A DNA stretch of 64,000 nt from Candidatus Falkowbacteria bacterium (GTDB lineage Bacteria > Patescibacteriota > Patescibacteriia > UBA11705 > JABHMO01), in assembly GCA_018674305.1 (NCBI GenBank), contig JABHAL010000001.1, positions 68,635 through 132,634 of the forward strand, read 5' to 3'. The notes beneath the pieces were generated by a model. That model saw only the letters and a program-made list of their open reading frames with translations. It searched no databases and had not been told where the DNA came from. Below are positions 1-9,356 of this stretch, piece by piece (position 1 is the first letter of the stretch; every line of letters begins with the position of its first letter). A program made the position numbers and the translations under genes.

Positions 1-263
1 TACGCTTTTTCCAGCCAATCCTGTGACTCCTTTAACGAACCGAAACTATATCGGTAATATTTTATTTTATCTTTCTTCGTATATCTACCAAACCCTTCTG
101 CAATATTTGCTGACATTGAATCAATTGCTCTTGCCCACTGAAGGCCAACCGTGTTTTTAGCAAAGTATTCCCATTCAAATATAATTTTCCAAACATAGTT
201 TGATATTTCAAGCGCACTACCATAGGCACTGATATCATTCAAGTCTAAATATTTTTTCTCCAT
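1..263 (-). CDS. four-helix-bundle protein (23S rRNA intervening-sequence-type family); start codon at 263..261, 3' part runs off the window
   Basis: Hand translation of minus strand from ATG at 263: MEKKYLDLNDISAYGSALEISNYVWKIIFEWEYFAKNTVGLQWARAIDSMSANIAEGFGRYTKKDKIKYYRYSFGSLKESQDWLEKA, which matches the conserved EGxGR...FL.IA.GS..E core of that family. Confidence 0.55.
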   Translation of the reverse strand, partial: MEKKYLDLNDISAYGSALEISNYVWKIIFEWEYFAKNTVGLQWARAIDSMSANIAEGFGRYTKKDKIKYYRYSFGSLKESQDWLEKA

Positions 264-305
264 GTTTTCTAAACAATTTAACAGTTTGACAATTTATCAA
301 TTTAG

Positions 306-1409
306 TTATTCAATATCGCGCATAGCTAATCCAAGCGCAGTTGCTAAACGTGGACCAACCTCTTCTAAAACTGGTTTCAATTCCTCAGGATAAATTACTC
401 TGGCCCAAGGATTACCAATAAAAGTCCTTACACCAACCTTGTCAGTGAAATACTGTGGTAAATTAAATAAATTTGCTGTACCACCTGACAATACGATTCT
501 TTCTATTTTTTTATCCTTATTATCTGGCTGTTCTAAATAAAAATTTATTGTATACTCAATTTCATCTACAATTGCCTGGACCGGTCGCTGAATTAGTTCT
601 GGTAAAGTTTCACCTTCACCCAAAACTTCAGTATTACCTGCTAAATCCCTTTTGAACTGTTCGCCTTGTTCAATACTAACGTTTAAGGTTTCTGTTATTC
701 TTTTTGTAATTCCTAAACCACCAACACTCACACTCCGATTGAGCAATGGGATCGAATTTTCAATAACTGAAATATCAGTATTAACAGCTCCAATATCAAC
801 TAAAATCACAGTTGATTTGTCCTTGCCGACCAAAGAACGGGCCAAAGCAAAAGCTTCAGTCTCCAAACTGATTAGGTCCAATCCAGCTTTTTTAAAAATT
901 TCAATATACTTTTGTACCACTTCTTTCGCTGCTCCAGTTAACAAAACTTGTAGATTTTTTATAGTTTCTCCTTTATTTTCTTTTAGAGCCTTGTCGTCAC
1001 CAATCACCTTCCAATCCAAAATCATTTCTTCCAATGGTAAAGGTAAAACTTTTTTTGCCTCCCACTCCACAGCAGCCGTAACTTTCTTAGGTGAACTTAA
1101 ATCCTTTTTGCTAATCTCACTAAGAGAAATAATTGAACTAAAAACTGCTGGAGCAGGCAAAGCCGTAACTGCCCGTTTTGTCAAAACTTTACTTTTCTTC
1201 AAAACCTGTTTAATTAACTCAGCTGTTTTGTCTGTGTCATCAATCAACTTAGCACTGCCTCCCTTGAGTGAGCGCTCCAAAAAGCCATAAGTCACTAACT
1301 GTGCTCGTCCATTGTTATTGGTTAATTCAACCATCTTTATGCTACTGCCTCCAATGTCTACGCCTAAATAATTAGTGTCCATTGGTGACTCTTTGGAAAA
1401 TAAGCCCAT
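306..1409 (-). CDS. pilM: type IV pilus assembly ATPase-like protein PilM
   Basis: N-terminal YLGVDIGGSSIKMVEL actin-like fold motif and overall PilM-like length/organisation. Confidence 0.8.
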   Translation of the reverse strand: MGLFSKESPMDTNYLGVDIGGSSIKMVELTNNNGRAQLVTYGFLERSLKGGSAKLIDDTDKTAELIKQVLKKSKVLTKRAVTALPAPAVFSSIISLSEISKKDLSSPKKVTAAVEWEAKKVLPLPLEEMILDWKVIGDDKALKENKGETIKNLQVLLTGAAKEVVQKYIEIFKKAGLDLISLETEAFALARSLVGKDKSTVILVDIGAVNTDISVIENSIPLLNRSVSVGGLGITKRITETLNVSIEQGEQFKRDLAGNTEVLGEGETLPELIQRPVQAIVDEIEYTINFYLEQPDNKDKKIERIVLSGGTANLFNLPQYFTDKVGVRTFIGNPWARVIYPEELKPVLEEVGPRLATALGLAMRDIE

Positions 1410-1557
1410 ATAATTCTAAATTCGAATCTCCGAATTCGAAACCAGCAACTTCAAAATGGTTTCGAATTGTGACATTCGGTATTCATATTTATTTTTCTTG
1501 TACTAATTATAACATTTTTTAACATTTTAATAAAATCTTTATCCACTTTTCAATCGG

Positions 1558-3102
1558 CTATTTTACCCAAAACGGTAAAGCCTTAGCAATCTGTGTGAAT
1601 CCCGGTGGCGGATTACTAATGACCCTGCCCTGATAAATAACTTTTTCAGCTGGAGCTTGCGACTGCAAATTGCTGTGTCGCCGTTCAAAATTAAATTTTT
1701 TAGCCACCATCAAGCCCTGAACTTTAAGAGGCCAATCCTGCGCGGACTCCCCTTTGCTCCCAGTATAAATTTCACCTTCAGTAAAATAATTACCAACCAT
1801 CTTTTTCACATTAGAGTCAATGTAAATATTTCCGCCAGTCCCATCCGCTTTTTTCAGTACAATATAACCCACTGAAGCTAAATTTTTTAGTTCAGCCATG
1901 GCTGACGATTGATAATACTGATTGCTCTTAATATGTAAATCCCCACGCACAACAATAGTTCCCGCTCCGCTCTTATCTCCTATTCCATTTTTATAATATT
2001 TATAATACAAAACTAAATCGTCTTTTGCATAATAGACTTTACCTCCCAACAAATAAGGCACCTGTGAACTATTACTAATATTCATTACCTCTCCATATTG
2101 TCCAGCCAACAAACCTTTGATATCCAATGGTCCCAATTCGCTTTGATAATTACTTTCCTGATCTGGCAAATTCAAAGCTCCAATCCGATCACTAACCCAC
2201 CCTGAATCACTACAAACATCTGAATCTTCACATAAAGAAGAAAAATGCACGATACTACCATCACTTTGCAACATATAAGTTGCATTAAATTTGTCCTCTG
2301 GTGTAATGCCTTGTTGCAAACTACCCAAGCCTTCCTGCGCATAAATATCACCACCAACAGTTTCCACATACGGTGGGTGAACACTTACGGCTGCTTGATG
2401 AGGTTGAAAACTAAGCCACCCAAAGCCAGTATTATTACCATTTTCACCCCAAGCCCAGCCAACTAAAGAATTATCAGAATAATCAATCCCCGTTCCATAG
2501 TCGTAACAACTTTCGCAATTCTCACATTTTTGACTACTACAATTTTGACAATTTTGACAAATAGCGCCCAGTCCCTGCCCCTCATCATCTTTATCAGCAA
2601 AACAAATTTCACAAGTTTCGCGACTTTCGTCTTTAAATACAGCGCAATTTTGGCAAGCGTGTTTTTGGCCTGGCAAATCATCAATTTGCTCACCTTGTAA
2701 GTTAAACCAACCCTGATCCTGCAAATTAATCCAATTCCCCCAGCCAGATATCAATCCATGCTCTGATATTCGAGCAAATGGCTCTCCCCCTACTGGAGTT
2801 TCATTTAAACTTGAATCTAAGCAACTCTTGCCAAAACAAACCCAACCATCATTTTCTGACCAGGCCCAGCCGAACAGTTCACCAGTTTGTTTATCAAAAT
2901 CTAAACCATAATCTGATTGCAAGCATTTATTATTGATCCCCTCGTTAAAACAATTCAAAGACAACCAGCCAATATTCTCTGACCAGGCATAACCACTAAT
3001 TTTGTGATTTCTATTTGCAACTACATCCGAATTATTCACAGCCAAAAAAGCAAGAAAACAACAAAACAATAAAACAAAACTAATTGTTATTTTTTTTCTC
3101 AT
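1558..3102 (-). CDS. secreted Trp/Cys-rich repeat protein, function unknown
   Basis: Signal-peptide-like N-terminus; four copies of a GWxW(S/G)ENxGW(L/V) motif; CxxC cluster CQNCQNCSSQKCENCESC. Confidence 0.5.
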   Translation of the reverse strand: MRKKITISFVLLFCCFLAFLAVNNSDVVANRNHKISGYAWSENIGWLSLNCFNEGINNKCLQSDYGLDFDKQTGELFGWAWSENDGWVCFGKSCLDSSLNETPVGGEPFARISEHGLISGWGNWINLQDQGWFNLQGEQIDDLPGQKHACQNCAVFKDESRETCEICFADKDDEGQGLGAICQNCQNCSSQKCENCESCYDYGTGIDYSDNSLVGWAWGENGNNTGFGWLSFQPHQAAVSVHPPYVETVGGDIYAQEGLGSLQQGITPEDKFNATYMLQSDGSIVHFSSLCEDSDVCSDSGWVSDRIGALNLPDQESNYQSELGPLDIKGLLAGQYGEVMNISNSSQVPYLLGGKVYYAKDDLVLYYKYYKNGIGDKSGAGTIVVRGDLHIKSNQYYQSSAMAELKNLASVGYIVLKKADGTGGNIYIDSNVKKMVGNYFTEGEIYTGSKGESAQDWPLKVQGLMVAKKFNFERRHSNLQSQAPAEKVIYQGRVISNPPPGFTQIAKALPFWVK

Positions 3103-3172
3103 AACTAAATTAATTATACCACAAAAATTGTATTTCTAATAAAAAATCAGACTAATAGTAGCCTGATATGTT

Positions 3173-3385
3173 TTAATCAAAGATTTCTTTTTCTTCATGA
3201 CAATGTAGAGCAACAATTCCACAGGTCATTAACAACAGCCCTCCAACAATCATTGGAAAAACTTCTGACACTCCAGCCAAAAATGGTAAAACACTGACAA
3301 CCTCCTTCCAAAACACTGAACTGATCAGCAAAGATAGCCCCAATATTGTAAACAAAATTACAAAAATCTTTTCTTTGCGTTTCAT
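3173..3385 (-). CDS. small membrane protein (start taken at internal MKRKEK)
   Basis: Hydrophobic segments; ATG at 3385..3383 overlaps the stop of the upstream ORF (ATGA coupling). Confidence 0.4.
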   Translation of the reverse strand: MKRKEKIFVILFTILGLSLLISSVFWKEVVSVLPFLAGVSEVFPMIVGGLLLMTCGIVALHCHEEKEIFD

Positions 3386-3597
3386 TGATAATCTTTTGGA
3401 ACTTCTGGCCAATCCCACACCCCAAGCATTGCGCCAAGGACAATAGAACTACAAAGGATCAAAGCCCCACTAAAAAAAACCTCCTGCTCTCCTAAATGAC
3501 CGAATAAGGGGAGTACTACCATAATAGCTCCAGTAAGAGCTCCTATAATAGCCAATGCCTGAAAAACGACCAAGGCTGCCATTTTTAACTTTTCCAT
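3382..3597 (-). CDS. small membrane protein
   Basis: 71-aa ORF with two predicted TM helices. Confidence 0.4.
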   Translation of the reverse strand: MEKLKMAALVVFQALAIIGALTGAIMVVLPLFGHLGEQEVFFSGALILCSSIVLGAMLGVWDWPEVPKDYQ

Positions 3598-3606
3598 CTC
3601 CCACCT

Positions 3607-3876
3607 CTAAGTATAATCACGCGGATCAAAATGTGACTCATCCTCACCTTTCTTAAGTTCAGGAAAAACATTAATAATCACCAAAGTTCCCGCAGAAGCA
3701 ACAAAGAAAGAGAGAATTAACGTTCCACCATAAGCAAACTCAGACAAACCAAGAACCGTACTAAAAGGCTTTTCCCAAAGCCCCCAACTTCCCAAGATCA
3801 TGAATATAGCGATTGCCATCCAAAACCAAGCCGCGACCCAGACAATTCCCAAGCCAACGAACAATAGCTTTTTCAT
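3607..3876 (-). CDS. small membrane protein
   Basis: 89-aa ORF with two TM helices (Trp-rich). Confidence 0.45.
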   Translation of the reverse strand: MKKLLFVGLGIVWVAAWFWMAIAIFMILGSWGLWEKPFSTVLGLSEFAYGGTLILSFFVASAGTLVIINVFPELKKGEDESHFDPRDYT

Positions 3877-4003
3877 TTTTCCCTCCTGTTATTCAAAGAA
3901 CGAATTATATAATATTAACTTAAAATTTATTATTAATCAAGGTTTGTTTAATAATAAAAACCTTTTAGCTTTCGGATCAAGCCCGGAAAGACAAAATGTT
4001 TTT

Positions 4004-4402
4004 TTATTTTTTATCAAGAGCTTGATTTACTAAAGCATCAGCTTCCTTATTTTGTTCACGATAAACATGTCTATATGTAACTTTTTGAAAGTGACCTTGC
4101 ATGTTATAAATTTTCAAAAACTGCTGTGCAAGTTCTTGGTTTTTTACCTTATATTCACCTTTCAATTGTTTAACAACTAATTCGCTATCCAAATTAAATT
4201 CTAACTCCGTACCACCAAGCTCTTTAGCTTTCTCCATGGCAAAAACCACAGCCTTGTATTCAGCTTGATTATTAGTGGCCTCACCAATACACTTTCCCTC
4301 ACTAAACACAATCTCACCTTTTTCATTTTTGATAACATAACCAGTCGCTGAAGGCCCAGGATTACCACGAGCGCCACCGTCACAGTTAATTTTTAAAAAC
4401 AT
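4004..4402 (-). CDS. rnhA: ribonuclease HI
   Basis: INCDGGARGNPGP...GYV and EYKA catalytic-region motifs of RNase H type 1. Confidence 0.8.
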   Translation of the reverse strand: MFLKINCDGGARGNPGPSATGYVIKNEKGEIVFSEGKCIGEATNNQAEYKAVVFAMEKAKELGGTELEFNLDSELVVKQLKGEYKVKNQELAQQFLKIYNMQGHFQKVTYRHVYREQNKEADALVNQALDKK

Positions 4403-4451
4403 ATGAGAGTTAATTGATTAATTAGTTAATTATAAAACTAAATCAGATTTA

Positions 4452-6179
4452 CTATTTATCACTTATTTTTAAATCTTGAACTTTGAATTCAAATTCGCGA
4501 CGACCATTCCACTCATTAATTCCCAATTCGCAAACCACATCTATTGTAGCACCTACCTTCAACTTCTCAAACCATTCTTTAGCCTTGCCAAACCAGAGCA
4601 TTTTGTAAATTATTGGGGTGTGTTGCTTTACTGACATACGTAAATGAGTCTTTAGTTTTCCGATTCGATCTGCGCTGACAATTTGCAAATTATTAATTTT
4701 AAATAATGGGCGATCATTCCCTTCCCCAAATGGAGACAGTTCCACGATCTGTTTTAATAACTCAAAGCTAATTTCTGATATTTCAATTTCTCTATCAATC
4801 CACAAGCTCGGGCTCAGATCAATTTCTGAAAGTTTCTTTTCCACTATGCTATAGTACGTCTTTTGAAATTTCTCACGGATCGGGATTTCAGCAAGCGTAA
4901 ACCCACAAGCCCCGGCATGACCTCCATAGCGAGCAAAAAAAGATTCCACACTCCTCAAACTCTGAATCATATCAAAGCCGTCTATACTTCGTCCTGAGCC
5001 GATTATTTTGTTACCAGAAACCGTCATTGCCAAAACTGGGCGGTAAAATTCATCACTCAGACGACCGGCAATTAAACCGATAATACCAGGCAACCAATCT
5101 TCACTAAAAGCAAATATAACTTTTTGGTCCTCAATAGCCGTGACTTGCCCTTTAGCTTCGGCTAAAGATTTTTCTATTATACGTTGACGGTTTACATTAT
5201 TTTCCTGAAGTTCACTGGCAATTTTATCAGCGTCTGCCTGATCTTCAGTCACTAGTAACTCATAAGCCAATTTAGCATGGTTCAATCTTCCCGCGGCATT
5301 GAGTCTTGGTGCAATTTGAAATCCAATAGTAAATGAATCTATGTTTTTGGGTTTAATTAAATCTAACAGACTTTTCAATCCTGGCCATTTAGTTTGAGCT
5401 AATACAATCAATCCCCACTTCACTAAGATACGATTTTCATTAACCAGAGGAGCCACATCTGCTACTGTCCCAATTGCCACAATATCTAATATCCACTTTT
5501 GGTATCCCTCAACACCGCCATATTTTTGAAACTCTGAAGCCGGTATTTTTGATTCATCGCTCAAAATTGCTTGAACTACTTTATACGCCACTCCAGCTCC
5601 AGCCAACTCCCTAAACGGATAACCACTATCTGCAACTTTAGGATCCAAAATTGCATAGGCGTCCGGTATAATTTCTGGTGGTTCATGATGATCTGTAATT
5701 ATCACATCTACCCCTTTTTCATTTAGAAGTGCCACTTCATCAACATTTGTTATACCACAATCAACTGTGATAAATAATTGCACACCCTGAACAATAAAGT
5801 TGTTCACATTGTTAACATTTATACCGTAACCATCCTTTTCTCTATGAGGAATAAAGGTTTCTACGTCCGCACCCAACAACTTAAAAGTTCTATATAGAAT
5901 GGCAGAGCTCGTTACTCCATCCGCATCATAATCACCGTGAATAAGGATTTTTTCTTTCTTTTCAATAGCCTGCAAGATTCGCTCAACTGCCTTCTCCATG
6001 TCCTTGAACTTAAAGGGATCATGCATGCTCCCGTAAGCAGGTTCAAAAAATAAGTCAACATCTGATTGACTTTGTATTCCCCTGTTATATAATAGTTGTA
6101 TGATTACTGGATGAAGGTCAGCAAATTTCAATTTAAATTCAGAACTTGCCTCTTTTCTCAGTTTCCATTTTTTACTCAT
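4452..6179 (-). CDS. recJ: single-stranded-DNA-specific exonuclease RecJ
   Basis: DHH family motifs HGDYDADGVTS and ITDHH; DHHA1-like C-terminal part; length 575 aa. Confidence 0.85.
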   Translation of the reverse strand: MSKKWKLRKEASSEFKLKFADLHPVIIQLLYNRGIQSQSDVDLFFEPAYGSMHDPFKFKDMEKAVERILQAIEKKEKILIHGDYDADGVTSSAILYRTFKLLGADVETFIPHREKDGYGINVNNVNNFIVQGVQLFITVDCGITNVDEVALLNEKGVDVIITDHHEPPEIIPDAYAILDPKVADSGYPFRELAGAGVAYKVVQAILSDESKIPASEFQKYGGVEGYQKWILDIVAIGTVADVAPLVNENRILVKWGLIVLAQTKWPGLKSLLDLIKPKNIDSFTIGFQIAPRLNAAGRLNHAKLAYELLVTEDQADADKIASELQENNVNRQRIIEKSLAEAKGQVTAIEDQKVIFAFSEDWLPGIIGLIAGRLSDEFYRPVLAMTVSGNKIIGSGRSIDGFDMIQSLRSVESFFARYGGHAGACGFTLAEIPIREKFQKTYYSIVEKKLSEIDLSPSLWIDREIEISEISFELLKQIVELSPFGEGNDRPLFKINNLQIVSADRIGKLKTHLRMSVKQHTPIIYKMLWFGKAKEWFEKLKVGATIDVVCELGINEWNGRREFEFKVQDLKISDK

Positions 6180-6310
6180 AACTACATTTTACAATGAATA
6201 AACAAAAAATACAAAAAACCGTTTGGACAATTGTTGTTGTAATCATGATTTTTTCTATGGTCATGTGGACAATGGGCTTTATTTTTTATTAATATATTTA
6301 AAATAATAAA

Positions 6311-6345
6311 GAGCCGTGTTTTACGAAACACGGCTCTTTTGATTA
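6311..6345. terminator. bidirectional stem-loop (agagccgtgttt..aaacacggctct) with flanking T runs
   Basis: Perfect 12-bp inverted repeat immediately 3' of the metallophosphoesterase ORF. Confidence 0.5.
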
Positions 6346-7098
6346 AATACCTAAACCCAACCTGCGAGACAAAAGCCCCTGCATTCCCATTTGGTTCAGT
6401 CCCTTGATAGTCGATTCAATATCATAGGATACACGATGGTAACGCACAACGATCTTTCGTTGATAAAAATCAATTGTCACATAACAGGCGCGAGGATCCC
6501 TATCCCGTGGCTGACCAACTGAACCCACATTAATAATGTGCTTTTGCACGGCTGACAGTTTATACGGCTCATGAGGATAACTCAACCGCACTGGAGAGTT
6601 TGAACCTGTCCAAATTGTAGGCTGATGTGTATGCCCTACACATGCAAATCGTGTTTGCATAAACTGCATCTGGCCACGAGCTTCTTGTGGATAGCGAATA
6701 TAATCCCAGCCTTCAGGCTCGTGAATACAGCCATGGCTGATGATTAAATTGATCGTCTCAAAAAACATTTGATACGGCAACTGACCGAGGTATGCCAAAT
6801 CATCCTTACTTAACTTTTCCAAATTTTTCATCATGGCCAAGACAGCGATATGATTGTGGTCTACCACCTCTTGTCCTGCAGCTACTTTTACAACACCATC
6901 ATCATGATTTCCTCTCACCACGATATTGGCATTAGCCTGAATCCACTGCACACACTCCTGCGGATCTGGTCCATAACCCACAATGTCACCAAGGCAATAA
7001 ATAGCATCTGGGCTTTGATTTGGAAGATGCTTGCCTACAGCCTGAAGAGCTGGCCAATTACTATGAACATCGCTCAAAATAGCAATTCGAATTCCCAT
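6343..7098 (-). CDS. metallophosphoesterase (calcineurin-like phosphoesterase)
   Basis: Motifs ILSDVHSN, GDIVGYGP, RGNHD. Confidence 0.7.
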   Translation of the reverse strand: MGIRIAILSDVHSNWPALQAVGKHLPNQSPDAIYCLGDIVGYGPDPQECVQWIQANANIVVRGNHDDGVVKVAAGQEVVDHNHIAVLAMMKNLEKLSKDDLAYLGQLPYQMFFETINLIISHGCIHEPEGWDYIRYPQEARGQMQFMQTRFACVGHTHQPTIWTGSNSPVRLSYPHEPYKLSAVQKHIINVGSVGQPRDRDPRACYVTIDFYQRKIVVRYHRVSYDIESTIKGLNQMGMQGLLSRRLGLGI

Positions 7099-7136
7099 GA
7101 CTTTACCTCTGTTTTATATGAACTACAATTCGTAAC

Positions 7137-7165
7137 AATATAGCAAATTTACACAAATCTGTCAA
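7137..7165 (-). promoter_or_regulatory. sigma70-type promoter for the metallophosphoesterase gene
   Basis: Minus-strand reading TTGACA-17nt-TATATT about 30 nt upstream of the ATG at 7098. Confidence 0.5.
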
Positions 7166-7172
7166 TACCATA

Positions 7173-7201
7173 TTGACATAATAACCAAAATTAGCTACAA
7201 T
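7173..7201 (+). promoter_or_regulatory. near-consensus sigma70 promoter (TTGACA-17nt-TACAAT) divergent from the previous one
   Basis: ttgacataataaccaaaattagctacaat; no protein ORF downstream on this strand. Confidence 0.55.
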
Positions 7202-7207
7202 GCAGTG

Positions 7208-7420
7208 TCTGGTACTTGAAGATTACTTTCAAGTGGCGCGGCCAAAAGTCTTAGGACGATCAACCAGAGATGGAGGATCTTAGCGTCTAGAGTCCTTCCG
7301 GATTATGTGACCACAGCGGCACTTGTCCTAATCAAGATAAAGGCTAATAAACAAGCCCCCGCTAGGGTATAGCCAGCAACCAAAAAGACCGAAGTTAAAA
7401 CTTAACTTCGGTCTTTTATA
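7208..7420 (+). ncRNA. candidate ~210-nt small RNA of unknown class, bounded by consensus promoter and intrinsic terminator
   Basis: Promoter at 7173-7201; terminator hairpin gaccgaagtt-aaaac-ttaacttcggtc + TTTT at 7387-7418; internal hairpins (cttgaagattactttcaag; cttaggac..gtcctaa); no ORF. Confidence 0.35.
7387..7418. terminator. bidirectional intrinsic terminator shared by the candidate sRNA (+) and lepA (-)
   Basis: 10-bp GC-containing stem, T-tracts on both strands. Confidence 0.6.
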
Positions 7421-7429
7421 TAGAAAATA

Positions 7430-9259
7430 TTAACGTTTCATCACCGACAAAAAGGCCTCCGGCGGAATATTAACTTTACCTTTACCAAACTCCATCATTC
7501 TCTTTTTGCCTTTTTTCTGTTTGGTTAAAAGTTTCTGTCTTCTCGAATAATCACCACCATATAAATTCGCAGTTACATCTTTACGTAGCGCTGAAATTCG
7601 TTCTGCTGCAATTATTTTCCCACCCAGAGCTGCTTGTAGTTTAACTACAAACTGGTGGCGAGGAATTGATTCCCGTAAACTTTTAACGATTTTCTTTCCA
7701 GTTTGGAAAGCTGCATCTTTATAAACAATTGTACCAAAAGCGTCAACTATTTCTTCAGCAACCAAAACATCCATTTTTACCAACTCAGCAGATTTATATT
7801 TATCAATTTCATAATTCATTGACCCATAACCAGAACTAACAGTTTTTAATTTATCATAAAAATCTACAATCAACATTGCCAGAGGGATTCTATAATGAAG
7901 AATAACTCGCGTTTCATCTATAAATTCTGTAGTTAAGTATTCACCACGCGAGTCTTGAACTAAGGTCATTACATTTCCCATATAATCTTTCGGACAAATA
8001 ATATCAACTTTCATAATCGGTTCTTGCATATGATCAATTACTGTTGGATCAGGAAATTCATTTGGGTTTTTTATTAAATATTCTGTCTCAGATAATATTT
8101 GTTCACGTTTAATCATCTTTGGAAACTTGGATCCTGGCTTTAAAATAACTTTGTAAGCTACGCTAGGAACAGTCACAACTAAATCTAAATCAAATTCGCG
8201 CCTCAACCTTTCTTGAAAAATTTCTAAATGAAGCATTCCCAAAAATCCACACCGGAAACCGAAACCAAGGACTGGCGAACTTTCTGGCTCATAAACCAAG
8301 GCTGCGTCATTTAATTTCAATTTACCTATTGCTTCTCGAAGTTCATTATACTCGTTACCTTCAGAACAAAAAATACCCGCGTAAACCATGGGTTTTACTT
8401 CCTTGTAACCAGCAAGAATTTCAAACTTACCTCGGTCTTCAGATCTAGAAATAGTATCACCAACTCGACATTTTTCAATTTCTTTCAAGCCAGTAACTAT
8501 ATAACCAATTTCACCGGTATTTAATTTATCTTTGGGAACTAAACCTGGCTTCAATATGCCACAATCCAAAACTTCACCCAGAGCATCAGTTCCAACCATG
8601 AAAATTTTGTCACCTTTTTTTACTTCTCCATCAAAAACTCTAACATAAGCTACTACACCTTTATATTCATCATAAAAAGAGTCAAAGGTTAAAGCTCTCA
8701 AAGGTTTATCTGCCTCACCTTTTGGGGCTGGGACTTTTTCAATCACTAACTCCAAAATTTTTTCAACGCCTTCTCCAGTTTTCGCACTACAAGTCAAAAC
8801 TTCATCTGCTCGACAACCAACAAGATTAACTATTTCCTGGGTAACACGTTTTACGTCAGCTGCAGGTAAATCAATCTTATTTAAAACTGGAATAATTTCT
8901 AAATCTTGTTCAATTGCTAGATATAAATTTGCTAAAGTTTGAGCCTGAACACCTTGCGCAGCATCAACCAAAAGAATTGCTCCTTCCACAGCAGCTAAAG
9001 ACCTAGAAACTTCATAGTTGAAATCCACATGTCCAGGAGTATCAATTAAATTCAAAACATGACCCTGATACTCCATTTGAGCAGGCTGAAGTTTAATAGT
9101 GATTCCTCTTTCTTGCTCAAGTTCCATAGTGTCCAAAATCTGGTCCTTCATGTTTCGTTTATCGACCGTTCCAGTCACTTCCAAAAAGCGGTCAGCCAGA
9201 GTAGACTTACCATGATCAATGTGGGCAATTATACAAAAATTTCGGGTTTTTTCTAACAT
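7430..9259 (-). CDS. lepA: elongation factor 4 (LepA); start taken at MLEKTRNF
   Basis: IIAHIDHGKSTLADR G-domain and LepA-specific C-terminal region. Confidence 0.9.
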   Translation of the reverse strand: MLEKTRNFCIIAHIDHGKSTLADRFLEVTGTVDKRNMKDQILDTMELEQERGITIKLQPAQMEYQGHVLNLIDTPGHVDFNYEVSRSLAAVEGAILLVDAAQGVQAQTLANLYLAIEQDLEIIPVLNKIDLPAADVKRVTQEIVNLVGCRADEVLTCSAKTGEGVEKILELVIEKVPAPKGEADKPLRALTFDSFYDEYKGVVAYVRVFDGEVKKGDKIFMVGTDALGEVLDCGILKPGLVPKDKLNTGEIGYIVTGLKEIEKCRVGDTISRSEDRGKFEILAGYKEVKPMVYAGIFCSEGNEYNELREAIGKLKLNDAALVYEPESSPVLGFGFRCGFLGMLHLEIFQERLRREFDLDLVVTVPSVAYKVILKPGSKFPKMIKREQILSETEYLIKNPNEFPDPTVIDHMQEPIMKVDIICPKDYMGNVMTLVQDSRGEYLTTEFIDETRVILHYRIPLAMLIVDFYDKLKTVSSGYGSMNYEIDKYKSAELVKMDVLVAEEIVDAFGTIVYKDAAFQTGKKIVKSLRESIPRHQFVVKLQAALGGKIIAAERISALRKDVTANLYGGDYSRRQKLLTKQKKGKKRMMEFGKGKVNIPPEAFLSVMKR

Positions 9260-9317
9260 AGTAATGGTATAATAGATCATTTTCAATAAAAAATCAAGAT
9301 GAATGTTTCACAAAAAA

Positions 9318-9345
9318 AACAGGCGTAAATGGATACGCCTGTTGA
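9318..9345 (-). terminator. intrinsic terminator (aacaggcgta..tacgcctgtt followed by T8 on minus strand)
   Basis: Located 3' of ORF 9357-10508. Confidence 0.55.
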
Positions 9346-9356
9346 TAATTCAATGT

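Noticed and set aside
1410-1500. ttcgaatc-containing palindromic stretch upstream of pilM that could hint at a tRNA T-arm
   Set aside because: No acceptor stem, D-arm or anticodon arm can be built. The palindromes cgaattcgaa / cgaaacc..ggtttcg are better explained as promoter/operator or terminator hairpins.
7208-7420. Possible SRP (4.5S) RNA on the minus strand because of a CCGGAAGGA string
   Set aside because: The match covers only 9 nt of the domain IV consensus. There is no flanking GNAR tetraloop context. The minus strand here would lack a promoter (lepA terminator region). I kept the plus-strand sRNA hypothesis instead.
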